Assembly (NCBI GenBank): GCA_965205015.1
Contig: OZ242029.1
Location: forward strand, 3,680,001 to 3,744,000
Direction: 5' to 3'
DNA: 64,000 nt
From: Candidatus Poribacteria bacterium
GTDB taxonomy: Bacteria; Poribacteria; WGA-4E; WGA-3G
Made by a program: the position numbers and the translations under genes. This document shows, piece after piece, positions 1 to 9,633 of the stretch. Within the stretch, counting starts at the first letter, position 1. The number at the start of each line of letters is the position of its first letter. Below the pieces are notes generated by a model. The model was not told the DNA's origin and searched no databases. It worked only from the letters and a program-made list of their open reading frames with translations.

Positions 1-590
1 TCGATGTAGCCGGGACAGATGGCGTTGACGGTTATGCCGAATTGCCCGATCTCCAATGCGGTATCCCGAACCATATTGACAATAGCGGCTTTTGCGGGAG
101 CATACGCAGGTCCTGCACCACCCCCATACGCGTGAACGGAGGCGATCTGGATAATCCTTCCATATTTCGAGTGTTTCAGGTGTGGAATGGCGAGTTTTGT
201 CGCGACAAAGACTCCGCGGAGATTGACGCCAACGACTCTGTCCCAATCCGCGATTGAGAGGTCCTGCGCGCCACCGGGGATATGGATGCCGGCGTTATTG
301 ACGAGAACGTCAAGTCCCCCAAAATGTTCAACGGTTCGCTGAATGACGTGTGCGACCTGCGCTTCGTCGGCGACATCGGCTTGCAGGAAGAGCCCTTCTG
401 TGCCGAGCTTTTCGATCTCTGAGACGGTCGGGGTTGTGGTCTCGGTTTCGTGGTATTTGCCGCGAAGTGGGGTTTCCTGTCTATCGACGACAACGACCCG
501 CGCACCCTCGCGGGCGAATTCGAGTGCGATGCCGCGTCCGATCCCTGAACTCCCACCGGTTACAATGCAGATGCGATCCTTAAGTAGCAT
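1..590 (-). CDS. SDR family oxidoreductase (3' end runs off the window)
   Basis: Manual translation from ATG at 590: MLLKDRICIVTGGSSGIGRGIA...GGLDVLVNNAG, with TGxxxGIG and NNAG motifs. Absent from the ORF track because it has no stop in the window. Confidence 0.9.
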   Translation of the reverse strand, partial: MLLKDRICIVTGGSSGIGRGIALEFAREGARVVVVDRQETPLRGKYHETETTTPTVSEIEKLGTEGLFLQADVADEAQVAHVIQRTVEHFGGLDVLVNNAGIHIPGGAQDLSIADWDRVVGVNLRGVFVATKLAIPHLKHSKYGRIIQIASVHAYGGGAGPAYAPAKAAIVNMVRDTALEIGQFGITVNAICPGYI

Positions 591-598
591 TCCGGACT

Positions 599-648
599 CT
601 CTCTTCCACAGTGAAGGAACATCATTAGGTCACAAAAACTCGCTGGTG
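599..648. repeat. 50-bp direct repeat, copy 1 (copy 2 at 9218-9267)
   Basis: CTCTCTTCCAcAgTGAAGGAACATCATTAGGTCACAAAAACTCGCTGGTG matches 9218-9267 at 48 of 50 positions. Confidence 0.9.
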
Positions 649-664
649 CCTTTTCCTTTTGATA

Positions 665-713
665 TTATACCTCATCTTCCAAAATCTTTACAACATTTTC
701 AGTGATGCGTTCC
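665..713 (-). pseudogene. remnant copy of the hsdM 3' end
   Basis: Encodes [15 protein letters not shown], versus the hsdM end [15 protein letters not shown] (9634-9682); about 41/49 nt identical. Confidence 0.8.
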
Positions 714-726
714 TTACTGACATCTA

Positions 727-2451
727 TCACCTCTCGGTATAAATACTTTTCCCTTCGCCGTAGTAAGAATCATAGATATGCTGATAAACTGCTTCAGACT
801 TTTGACCGAACAATTCCGGTGTGTAAGGCTGTGGAAGTTTATCATCAAGTATATTGCTAACAGTTTCTCTGACCTCAGCTGTCGATTGTGTCCGCTTCCG
901 CCAATCTAAGCCCAATTTCTCTTGCTTGAGCGTCTTAAGCAATTTCCTCACAGCAGTCTTCACTTCGTCTCTCTCAGGGACAGTTAGATGCGGTTCGTGT
1001 TGCGTCAGGAGATCGAACACCGCCAATTCCTCTTCGGTAAATTCTTCAGTACTGGCGCGTTGATCCTCTTGACGGAGCTCATTAGCGAAGTTAAAAAGCC
1101 CTTCAACGAAATTATCAACACCCATAGTGCCCGCGTTGTATTCTGCGATCATCTGCTCAAATTTCTGTTGATAATCCATGCGGCTTCTGTTGAGGCGAAT
1201 CATCGCGGTGAGTTTGGCATTGATTGCGCCTCTGAGTCTCTCCGCCTCGACGCGTTTGTGCTCTGTATTGAATTGTTCGCTTAACTGCTCGAAGTCAATT
1301 TGGCTTAAATCTACCTGATTCATGTCGTAGCTGTCAGGTGGTATCTGAATGAGATAGCCTTCCGGTGCGATCGATCGGTCGAGTAAACGCTCGACTTCTG
1401 TCATGACACCGGAGATGTCAGTCGGTGGCGTTAAATTTCTGATTTTCTGTGCGATGATTTTGATGAGTTGACAAATTCTGGTAAACTCGTGTGCACTGGG
1501 GTCAGGCAGGATCGCTTTGTAGAGTTTCGTGACATTCGTCGCGTGTTGTAGATAATTCCGTTTGGTTTCATCGTTAATCAGGATACATTCCATTGCATCA
1601 TTGATGTGGCTGATGTTTTGCAGAGCGTCATCCGTTTGGGCTGCCACTAAGTCAATACCGAGACCTTCGCAGAATTCGGAGATTTCGGTGATCGCTTTTC
1701 GGAGTTTTTCAACCAGTTTCGATTTGTCTGCAATCGGTGTTTCGCTTTCCGCATCAGTGCCCGTCGCGTAAATTGCTAACGCTTTTTCAAGATTACGGAA
1801 AATCCCGATGTAGTCAACAATTAAGCCGTTATTCTTATCTTCAAAGACGCGATTGACTCTGGCAATCGTCTGCATCAAAGTATGGTTTCGCTGTGGCTTG
1901 TCGAGATAGATAGTAGAACATGAGGGGACATCGAAACCTGTGATCCACATCGCGCAGACGAAGACGATTCGGAAGGGATCCTCTGGATTTTTGAATTTGA
2001 TATCCAAATCTTCTGTGTTCATACGGGCACGGTGGGGTATAATGTCAACGCCTTTCTGTCTGAGATCGTCAATTTCGTTTTGTCCCGGAGAAACCACGAC
2101 TGCCATATCGGTTTCTTCCATGTAGCGCACCCTTTCCTCTGAGAGGATCCGTTCGCTACTGGTCTATGTAGCGCGTTCGGACTTTAGGCGTTCAATACAC
2201 CGCTTCCAATATTTCTGCACTTTGTCGAACATCTTGACAGTAGTGGCTTTGTCTATTGAGATGACCATGGCTTTTCCTTGATAGCCTCTGCCCATAAAGT
2301 GGGCGACGATATCTTCGGCGATGGTTTCTAATCGTTCCTCTCGCGTGATGAGATGATACTCCCTGGCAAATTCGTGCTCCAGTTTTGCCTCTTGTGCCGC
2401 ATCGAGCTCGGCATCCTCAAGAATTTGTTCGATGTCTTCGTTGAAGTCCTC
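727..2451 (-). pseudogene. hsdR: type I restriction endonuclease subunit R, C-terminal part only, with in-frame TAG
   Basis: Motifs FVCAMWITGFDVP and LMQTIARVNR. The frame continues upstream (EDFNEDIEQ...KAMVISIDK...) but has TAG at 2164-2166. The N-terminal nuclease/DEAD region is absent. Confidence 0.85.
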
Positions 2452-2452
2452 G

Positions 2453-2605
2453 CGTCACTTCCCCTTCTTGATATAGCAAAATCGCAGCGTCTAACTGTGA
2501 TTCCTCTTCAAGGGATTTACGCAGTTGCTCGCGTTCAACTTTGCGCAGCTTCTGTATTAATGGTAACAGTTTTTCAAGCGTTATCGGTTCAGAAATTTGA
2601 ATCAT
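2453..2605 (-). pseudogene. UPF0175-like antitoxin, truncated and joined to hsdR sequence
   Basis: ...LDAAILLYQEGEVT resembles the UPF0175 'AIxLYxxGxxSLGKAA' motif, then switches abruptly into hsdR DNA at about 2452. Confidence 0.55.
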
Positions 2606-2620
2606 TGTGCTCTACTCCTA

Positions 2621-3293
2621 TCAATGCTCACGGCGTTCACGCCTTACCTCTGCGAGTGCTTCCTCAAAATCACGTATCACTTCTTCCTCTGGTGTATTGG
2701 CAAAAATATCATGGAAATGTGCCAGCGTTTTATCCCATTCTCTTTTAAACCGTTTGCGATCTTCCTCAACTTGAGTATGGAAGCCCGATATGAGATCTTC
2801 CCACTGCTGTGACACGGAGGATTCAGATTCCTGAATATCAGGAGCGAAAAAGACTTTGGCAGAGAAATTGTAATCTTTGACGAGACATTTGAGTTGATGA
2901 GCAAGGGGACTTAATTCTTCGTTTCGTTGTTGATTAGGATCCTCGACAAAAATAATATAATCATCCTGTGCGAGGTAAAGTTGAATTGCTTTCTTCAAAC
3001 TTTTTCTTATAGTAAAGTTTAGAATTAATTAGACACTTTAAAGAGGCGAGGATACAATCCTCGCCAGCGGCGGAGAGGATTGTTTCGCTAAGCAACTGTC
3101 TACATATTTTTCGACTTTACTATAAAGGTGCGCCTTTTCTATGGCACTTTCGGAGCGCACTTCTTCCCGCTGTCCGGATAACCAGATACGCAAGCTGCCG
3201 GAATCTCAAAAATATATTCTCCAAGAATCTGACCGCCCCAGCATCTTGATCGGATTGTAAATTCCAGACTCTTATGCTTATCATAATTACCAT
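2621..3293 (-). pseudogene. DUF4276-like paralog interrupted by a MITE
   Basis: Removing 3010-3124 restores one 186-codon frame (MVIMISIRVWNLQSDQDAG...KGAPLRKSLKKAIQLYLAQDDYIIF...KVFFAPDIQE) that aligns with the 3294-4034 protein. Confidence 0.8.
3010..3122. mobile_element. 113-bp MITE with terminal inverted repeats and TA target duplication
   Basis: Ends TAGTAAAGT...ACTTTACTA, TA at 3008-3009 and 3123-3124, internal hairpin GGCGAGGAT-ACA-ATCCTCGCC. Confidence 0.85.
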
Positions 3294-4034
3294 TCACTTG
3301 AATTGCGCTAATATGTTCCCTAATTCACGGAGGGAATTGTTACGCCGTAATGTTTCTCTGTCAATGACTATGTACTTAGCCAAATCAGGGGACACCCTTT
3401 CGTGATATCGATCACGGTTAATGTTCTTTTGTGGTATGTTTGGATTGAGGGCACGCAGAACCTGCTCAGAAAAATCTTTCAAGTACTCTTTGGGTCCCTT
3501 GCCTCCCACTTCCGTTTCGACAATGTGTTCCGTATTGCCTCTCTGATAACGCCTGAGAAATCGGACGAAGGATTGATTTGATAGTACCTTATCACGGCAA
3601 TTATTTCTATACTGTGCACGCCGACTCGCGAAATAACAGAAAACGCCAAGGCAATCAATCAACAACCACGCCTCAAGTTCTTGAATGGCAGGGGCAAAAA
3701 AGACTTTACCAGTAAAACTTCTATCCTGAACAATTTGTTCAATTTGGTTGATAAGCGAATGCTGTTGTTGTTTGCGTTGGTAGAGTGACATCGGACTATC
3801 ACTGTCAATGATGAAAATAACGTAATCATCTTTCTGAAGGTACTGATGGATTGTCTGCCTCAGCCTGTCGCTCAAAGAGTGCCCTTTTTTATTGTACATC
3901 AGGGATTCCGTGCCCCCAACTGTTTGAATAGATAGATTTCCGAGTTGCAAATACGTCACCAACTTATCTGCCAAATGTCCGACAACTTTGGCATCATTAG
4001 TTGATTCCAAGGTCCAAATCCTTATTCGTGGCAT
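3294..4034 (-). CDS. DUF4276-like (TOPRIM-like) partner of the AAA ATPase
   Basis: E..ND near the N-terminus, IIDSD, AIQELEAWLL; overlaps the ATPase stop. Confidence 0.7.
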   Translation of the reverse strand: MPRIRIWTLESTNDAKVVGHLADKLVTYLQLGNLSIQTVGGTESLMYNKKGHSLSDRLRQTIHQYLQKDDYVIFIIDSDSPMSLYQRKQQQHSLINQIEQIVQDRSFTGKVFFAPAIQELEAWLLIDCLGVFCYFASRRAQYRNNCRDKVLSNQSFVRFLRRYQRGNTEHIVETEVGGKGPKEYLKDFSEQVLRALNPNIPQKNINRDRYHERVSPDLAKYIVIDRETLRRNNSLRELGNILAQFK

Positions 4035-5215
4035 GCAGATTCATTCTCCACCATGTCTTGCAGAAGTTCGCTATGAAAGATAGCACTGCCAATCCCGAAG
4101 TCTTTAATCCACCCGCTTAGTGCTTCATCGTCCCCACGCTTATCCTCAATGTCAATTACTTCTGTACCGAGTCTGGGGCGGTTACGTAGGAGTAAAACAC
4201 CGAGAGAATTCGATAGACTTTCAGATTTGAAGTTGTCCAAGAGTTGTGAACTATGGGTTGTGATAATGACCTGTGTCCGTTCGGCAAGTTGCTCAAGAAC
4301 ACTTGCAATGTCTGTCAACGCGCCGGGATGCAGATTCCGCTCCGGTTCCTCAATGGAAATAAGTGACGGTAATTCAGATTGATTGAGCAAAGTATTATAT
4401 GCCAGAAGACGCAATGTGCCATCGGAGGCGTTTATTAAAGGTATTGGCTCCTTGTATCCTTCAAGCAGGCAGAGTTGGAATTCTCCATCGATTTTACGAT
4501 AGTCTATGTTGATATTGGTGGTAGCGGCTAGAGCTTCACTAACGTAGCGGAAATCCTCTGGAGTCTTCTCATGCCACTCCCAAAGTATGTCTGGGACATT
4601 CACACCGTAACGATTAAGTTTTAGAGATTCCTGAATATCATGTGTAATAGGAGAGAATCTATTAGGATTCGTTCGTATGTGGTCTGGCTGAAAGTCATAC
4701 AATTCCCATCCTTGAATAAATTCTGCTAAGGCACTCGTAGTGGGTTTATTGCCATAATCACCGGCGGACCTCAACGCGAGTTTATTAGATTTGTATGTTG
4801 TTGTGTCCTTTCTATCTTTATCCTCTTCATCCTTAACTGTCCCCTCTCCATCCTGAACAGAGATAATCTTGATCCCGTTCACTGATAATTCTTCGTCAAT
4901 AGAAACATTTTCATCTTTAGTTCTAAACTCCAATTTATATCGAACGGGTTTCTCCTTCACTTTGGCATGTAATTCGCAGGTGATGTGGTCGGCTCCACCT
5001 GCCCAAGCAATATTTGGGATGAAATCAATCGTGGTGGAAGGTATTTCAAATTTCAACATATTGTTGAGAAGACGTAGAGATCTCAAGGCATTGGATTTCC
5101 CACTTGCATTGGGTCCAACGAGAACCGTCAGAGACTTCAGCGGAAGTTCAACGTTCCGCAAACTCAGGTAATTTTTGATATGAACTTTCTCTAAAAATGC
5201 TATCTGTTCGGACAT
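4022..5215 (-). CDS. ABC/AAA_21-type ATPase (defence-associated)
   Basis: IKNYLSL, Walker A GPNASGKSN, signature ASDGTLR, Walker B IEEPERNLHP, ITTHS. Likely start ATG at 5215. Confidence 0.9.
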   Translation of the reverse strand: MSEQIAFLEKVHIKNYLSLRNVELPLKSLTVLVGPNASGKSNALRSLRLLNNMLKFEIPSTTIDFIPNIAWAGGADHITCELHAKVKEKPVRYKLEFRTKDENVSIDEELSVNGIKIISVQDGEGTVKDEEDKDRKDTTTYKSNKLALRSAGDYGNKPTTSALAEFIQGWELYDFQPDHIRTNPNRFSPITHDIQESLKLNRYGVNVPDILWEWHEKTPEDFRYVSEALAATTNINIDYRKIDGEFQLCLLEGYKEPIPLINASDGTLRLLAYNTLLNQSELPSLISIEEPERNLHPGALTDIASVLEQLAERTQVIITTHSSQLLDNFKSESLSNSLGVLLLRNRPRLGTEVIDIEDKRGDDEALSGWIKDFGIGSAIFHSELLQDMVENESACHE

Positions 5216-5255
5216 CGGTTTTGCCTTTATATCGGGATTCACCCTTCGATGCATC

Positions 5256-6278
5256 TCAGTTTTCAAGGTTCAAGAGGGCCTGTGTAAACTCATCAATATT
5301 TGATGCTCGCGCGGCGACACGATGTAACTGATCCAGACGTTGCAGATCGTCAATCGCCCCAAGAAAAGGCTTGAGTTTCTCTGCGACATCGGTCTGAAAT
5401 CGGACCTCCAGCACTGTGAGTATCGCTTCAACAGCGTGCTGTTTTTTGCCTTGTTCGATGCCTTGTTCGATGCCCTGTTCGATGCCTTGTTCGATGCCCT
5501 GTTTTTTGCCTTGTTCGATGCCTTTCTCAGTAAAGTATTGGATGATAGAAGATTCTTGCACGATGACCTCCGATATTATGTCGCGAATGGTTTGTGAGTC
5601 GTGTGCTAACCCACCAAGAATCGCTAAGTCCGCGAGTGTTTCCTTTTGTTGTGATTCGTCTTCCGTCCCTGCCTCAATCGCCTGCACGCAGTGCCGTATC
5701 CATTCTGGTGCGTCCAGGGAAGTGGGTGGTTTCATTAAGGCTGCGAACGGAACCAACCCTACCCGGTTCGTATTTAGAAGGGTTTGTCCATCCATCTCGG
5801 CGAGTCTAAGCACGCGGTATTGGATACCAATATTATATCCTGACACCTCTTGAACATACAGTCCCGGGTCGGTGTGTCCAGCCCGTGGATGTAGGTAAAC
5901 GACATGCGAATAGATTGGGAGTTTGTAAAATTCTATAGCACTACCGATATAACCCGCCATTCGGAAGGGCATCGGGACCTCCCGACTGTCGTGTGTCTGA
6001 AACTCACAGTGCACAATGGCTTGCGCGTCTCCGGTGGTAATGCGTATAAAACTATCAGCCACGTGTGTTTTCATGGAGAGTTGCTCGGTTTCAATCACTT
6101 GAAACTCGTCTGCTTCTATACCGAGGAGCGTCGTGACGAAACCCTTGGGATCTCTGCGAATCCCGCGTTTTGTGACGTTATCAAACTGTCTGGGCAGGAC
6201 GAGTTTTTGGTCAGGACCGTTCACTTTGGGTTTCTGCCTCCGCGGTGCGTTTAGATTCAGGATGAAGTTTCCTCCCAA
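5256..6278 (-). CDS. Rpn family PD-(D/E)xK recombination-promoting nuclease / putative transposase
   Basis: ADSF...VHCEFQT...MPFRMAGY; C-terminal GIEQ repeats and LEVRF tail. Start position uncertain. Confidence 0.85.
   Translation of the reverse strand: MGGNFILNLNAPRRQKPKVNGPDQKLVLPRQFDNVTKRGIRRDPKGFVTTLLGIEADEFQVIETEQLSMKTHVADSFIRITTGDAQAIVHCEFQTHDSREVPMPFRMAGYIGSAIEFYKLPIYSHVVYLHPRAGHTDPGLYVQEVSGYNIGIQYRVLRLAEMDGQTLLNTNRVGLVPFAALMKPPTSLDAPEWIRHCVQAIEAGTEDESQQKETLADLAILGGLAHDSQTIRDIISEVIVQESSIIQYFTEKGIEQGKKQGIEQGIEQGIEQGIEQGKKQHAVEAILTVLEVRFQTDVAEKLKPFLGAIDDLQRLDQLHRVAARASNIDEFTQALLNLEN
5438..5523 (-). repeat. 12-bp tandem repeats encoding GIEQ/GKKQ in Rpn
   Basis: About 7 units of GGCATCGAACA(A/G) or GGCAAAAAACAG. 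Confidence 0.85.
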
Positions 6279-6677
6279 TTGACTTATTGCAAATTATACA
6301 GCGTTGCGTTGTATTTGTCAATTGCTTTTCGGAGCAGTGTCAATGTCAAGTTCGGATACGTCTATCTCGCCGGAGATGAGTTTGGGGAGGAGAAGGTCGC
6401 GGGTTTGGTGGAGGTTGGCGTTTTTCATTGTTAGGTTTGATAATTCCAAAGAGATTGGTTCGGCAGCTTCCTCAAATTTAGCAACAATTGATTTTGTAGG
6501 CTCCAAGAGTTGAATGCCCAAGAGGTCCGCCTTTGTGATTGCATTGTAAATTGTTCCACTGCCGATCATGTCTTCCTCTTGAAATCTGTCTTTCAATTGC
6601 TCAAGGATAAATGCCTGATCGCTACTTTTGCTACGGATTGCCGAAAGCCCACGACCAATTACTATCTTCTTGTTGGC

Positions 6678-8039
6678 GTCACTTACCCCCATTTTTTTCT
6701 GAAGGTTTGTGGTGAAAGGTTTTAGTTGTAAAAAGTGTGAGAAACTCAGTGGGTTTATGATAAAATACCTCCTTACAGCAACTGTTTGTAAACGCATTTT
6801 ACAAAACATGTAAGGAGGTATTTTATGAAAAAGAGATACCCAAAACGGGTAAATCCAGAAACGATGATAACACGTTTTGGAGAAATCTTCAAGTCTGTTG
6901 GTATGAAAAAACCGGTTTTTCGGAATCTGGTATTGGTCTTGATAGCGATCAGTGTTGCCCCGACGTTTCGGATCAATGAAGTTGCGTCGCGTTTGTCGCT
7001 CGTCGTCAAGCGGGAGAAGTCGAAACAGAAAAGGTTTCTGCGTTTCCTTGACACCCCACTGCCGATTGATGCGCTCAAAGAAGCGTGGTTCGTGTCGGTT
7101 GTGGGTTGGTTTTTCAAGGATGCGGGTGCTCATCTGTATTTGCTCGTTGATGAGACGTCTCTGATTGCCGGGTGGAAAGCCCTTGTTGTTTCGATCCCGT
7201 TTCGGCATCGTGCGATCCCTGTCTTTTGGTTCATCTATAGCGATCACCAGCTTCACGAGGGTATCTATAAGAGTCATAATGAGATTATCCAATACTTCTG
7301 TGTCCATGTTTATCAAGAGGCTTTAGGGGTGGTGTCGCGGCATCAACAACGACCTGTTCTGGTGTTTGACCGTGGTTTTGGGCGTGCGCGATACGTCATC
7401 AAGTTTCTCAAGGCACGGGATATCCCGTTCGTGATGCGTGTTGCGAGAAATGTCGGTATCCGGCATGATGGGAGTCTGAAGAAACTTGATGACCTCGAAG
7501 CGGGCTGGTATCGGCATATCCTTTATCAGGCGCAGGAGCAGATACCGCTTCAACTCTATATCCTCAGAGATGAGACCTTCAAAGACCCGATGTATCTTAT
7601 CTCCAATCGCCTCAGTGGACATCAGATACATCACTGCTACAAACGCCGCATGCAGATTGAACACGGGTTTCGAGATATAAAGTCGTGCTTCGGATTTGGT
7701 AAACTCGTCTTGAAAAAACCGACACAAGCGCGTCTGGAGGTCCTTTGGTTATGTGCCTGCCTCGCTTATGGATTGCTGTTTATCAGTTACGAGAAGGTCG
7801 CCTCTACGCATTGGCAGAGGGCATATAATAGTAATAACAGAAAAACTTTTTCTGTTATTACTATTATCAAACGCGTGCTCACCGACTTATGGAACCAACA
7901 CTTTCTTATCTCCTTTTTCACCGAGATAGGTGCCAGAGGGGATCCACTTTTCGGACCCACTCACTGACTGACTTTCTCACAGAAAAACCTGACTACATCA
8001 ACTACAATCTACTCTCGAAAAAAAATGGGGGTAAGTGAC
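6678..8039 (+). mobile_element. IS4-family insertion sequence (1362 bp), 10-bp target duplication
   Basis: Inverted ends GTCACTTACCCCCATTTTTTT / AAAAAAATGGGGGTAAGTGAC; TCTTGTTGGC duplicated at 6668-6677 and 8040-8049. Confidence 0.92.
6825..7967 (+). CDS. IS4-family DDE transposase
   Basis: LVDETS, VFDRGF, and the YREK-type motif YKRRMQIEHGFRDIK; RBS AGGAGG. Confidence 0.9.
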   Translation: MKKRYPKRVNPETMITRFGEIFKSVGMKKPVFRNLVLVLIAISVAPTFRINEVASRLSLVVKREKSKQKRFLRFLDTPLPIDALKEAWFVSVVGWFFKDAGAHLYLLVDETSLIAGWKALVVSIPFRHRAIPVFWFIYSDHQLHEGIYKSHNEIIQYFCVHVYQEALGVVSRHQQRPVLVFDRGFGRARYVIKFLKARDIPFVMRVARNVGIRHDGSLKKLDDLEAGWYRHILYQAQEQIPLQLYILRDETFKDPMYLISNRLSGHQIHHCYKRRMQIEHGFRDIKSCFGFGKLVLKKPTQARLEVLWLCACLAYGLLFISYEKVASTHWQRAYNSNNRKTFSVITIIKRVLTDLWNQHFLISFFTEIGARGDPLFGPTH

Positions 8040-8878
8040 TCTTGTTGGCAAGGTTAATTCGTCCAACAGGCGCGCGAACGCTAAATAGTATATCCCCTAT
8101 CTCTGCGATACGTTTCTGAACAGTGCAGTAGACTCTATCTGTTGGAAATCTTTGCCCAAAGTCTGTAACGCCTTGATGAAAAGGTAAACCTTCACCTATT
8201 TCATTGTAGAATTCAGACTTTGGTGACTGTCCCATGAGCACATTACACATTTCACCAAGCCGTTTTACCTTTCATTCCCGCGGTATCGGTCCTAATTCTG
8301 ATTCCCCCGTCGGGACGTTCTCATGTCCGGGGAATCGGAGGTGGACGAACCATTCTCGGTAGAGGGTCTGTGCCATGTCCTCAAGGATTTTGATGCGGCG
8401 GGTGTTGTTTTCGATGAGGTCGTCGTAGGTGGAGAGGATGGCTGCGATTTTGCGCTGAGTTGGGAGCGAGACAGCTGGAACAGGAATATCTTCAACCGAT
8501 GACAATATAGCTCGTTGGCGCCCTGATGCCCCTGTCATGCTCTTTACAGCAGGATTCCGAATTATAGCACTCAAAGCCAAGTAAAACACATAAGTTGGGT
8601 CTGATACATTGGGCTTACCACGAAAGATGAAAAACTCGGTTGATCCGTAACAAGACTCATTACTCGCGTGTTTGTATCGGGCAATCTTGCCATTTTCTAA
8701 ACAAGGCGTAATACGTGCAAAAAGTGTATCGCCAGATTGAAATCGTGAGCCGCCACCTTTGTAGGCCCGTTTCTTCTGCGGATAAACAAACGCATTGCCT
8801 GGAGTGACATCCGCCATTTCAACGTACGGATATTCTTTACCTTTCTCTAACCGGATACTTGGATTGACCTCAACAAAA

Positions 8879-9067
8879 TCACCGAAACGAATCGTGTCTC
8901 TCATCACGTCTACTCTTTTGTTGTGATTTCAGATTGACCTGAAACTCAACTTCGTGGGTTTCGTCCCAATAATCGGCGAGGTTATGTGTATCCCAAAACT
9001 CGCTGATTTGCTCTGGGGTTGCATCGGGAGGCGGCATTGGATCCCGCTTTTTATCTGCTTTTTTCAT
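8879..9067 (-). CDS. BrnA/CopG-type antitoxin, possibly C-terminally altered
   Basis: [16 protein letters not shown] motif; lies immediately downstream of a BrnT fragment. Confidence 0.65.
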   Translation of the reverse strand: MKKADKKRDPMPPPDATPEQISEFWDTHNLADYWDETHEVEFQVNLKSQQKSRRDERHDSFR

Positions 9068-9212
9068 AATTTCTTCGCTCCGTTCTGCTCATATCTCTGG
9101 CACTGATAACCAATGCGCGGTGATGTGTCTTTAGGATAAAAATAACGATGAGATAACGTCCTGTGTCTGTTTGTCCCATAGCTGAGTAAACATTTTCGCC
9201 AGGGCGGTTTCC
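9051..9212 (-). pseudogene. BrnT-family toxin, 5'-truncated
   Basis: [24 protein letters not shown]...[15 protein letters not shown]. No start codon; it is cut at the 9218 repeat. Confidence 0.8.
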
Positions 9213-9217
9213 TTACG

Positions 9218-9267
9218 CTCTCTTCCAAAATGAAGGAACATCATTAGGTCACAAAAACTCGCTGGTG
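9218..9267. repeat. 50-bp direct repeat, copy 2
   Basis: See 599-648; includes the end of the XRE gene (HQRVFVT*). Confidence 0.9.
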
Positions 9268-9573
9268 ACTTATTGTTCCATCCGAAGGCGTAATGTAAAT
9301 TTCAACGTTACGATTTAGTTTCTTCACGATCATTAGCAACCGCTCCACAGTAAAATCTGTAAAATCCATTTTCTTGAGGCGAGACACATCACTCGGATCG
9401 AGTCCAAAGCGTGCTTCTGCTTTTGATGGCGTTAGTTTTAGTTGATCGAGAAGACGGTGGATTGCAAAGGCGAGGTCTACTCTTAACTGATGGTATTCCG
9501 CTTCTTCCTCAGAGAAACCGATGTCTAAAAAGACATTGCCAGAACTTTCCGTAACCTTTATTTCTTCACTCAT
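9244..9573 (-). CDS. XRE/HigA-like HTH antitoxin (toxin partner missing)
   Basis: MSEEIKVTESSGNVFLDIGF...DVSRL...FTVERL is typical of HTH_37 antitoxins. Confidence 0.8.
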   Translation of the reverse strand: MSEEIKVTESSGNVFLDIGFSEEEAEYHQLRVDLAFAIHRLLDQLKLTPSKAEARFGLDPSDVSRLKKMDFTDFTVERLLMIVKKLNRNVEIYITPSDGTISHQRVFVT

Positions 9574-9633
9574 TTTTTGCCTCCATTTCACATCTTTCAT
9601 CGCTTGGTCCACAGTTCTATCCTATTGTTGACA

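Larger units (their letters stand above)
6318..8907 (-). pseudogene. hsdS: type I specificity subunit S, with nonsense codon and IS insertion
   Basis: TRD1 with LFARITPCLENGK and QRKIAAILSTYDDLIENN. TGA at 8272-8274 falls where ELGPIPRE(W)KVKRLGEM is expected. TRD2 is split by the IS; excision restores RINLANKKIVIGRG...TRDLLLPKLISGEIDV. Confidence 0.9.

Noticed and set aside
6318-7316. 332-aa minus-strand ORF
   Set aside because: Chimera of IS antisense sequence and the hsdS 3' fragment.
2164-8274. Stop-codon reassignment suggested by in-frame TAG (hsdR) and TGA (hsdS)
   Set aside because: Both codons terminate many intact genes in the window, and both genes carry other inactivating lesions.
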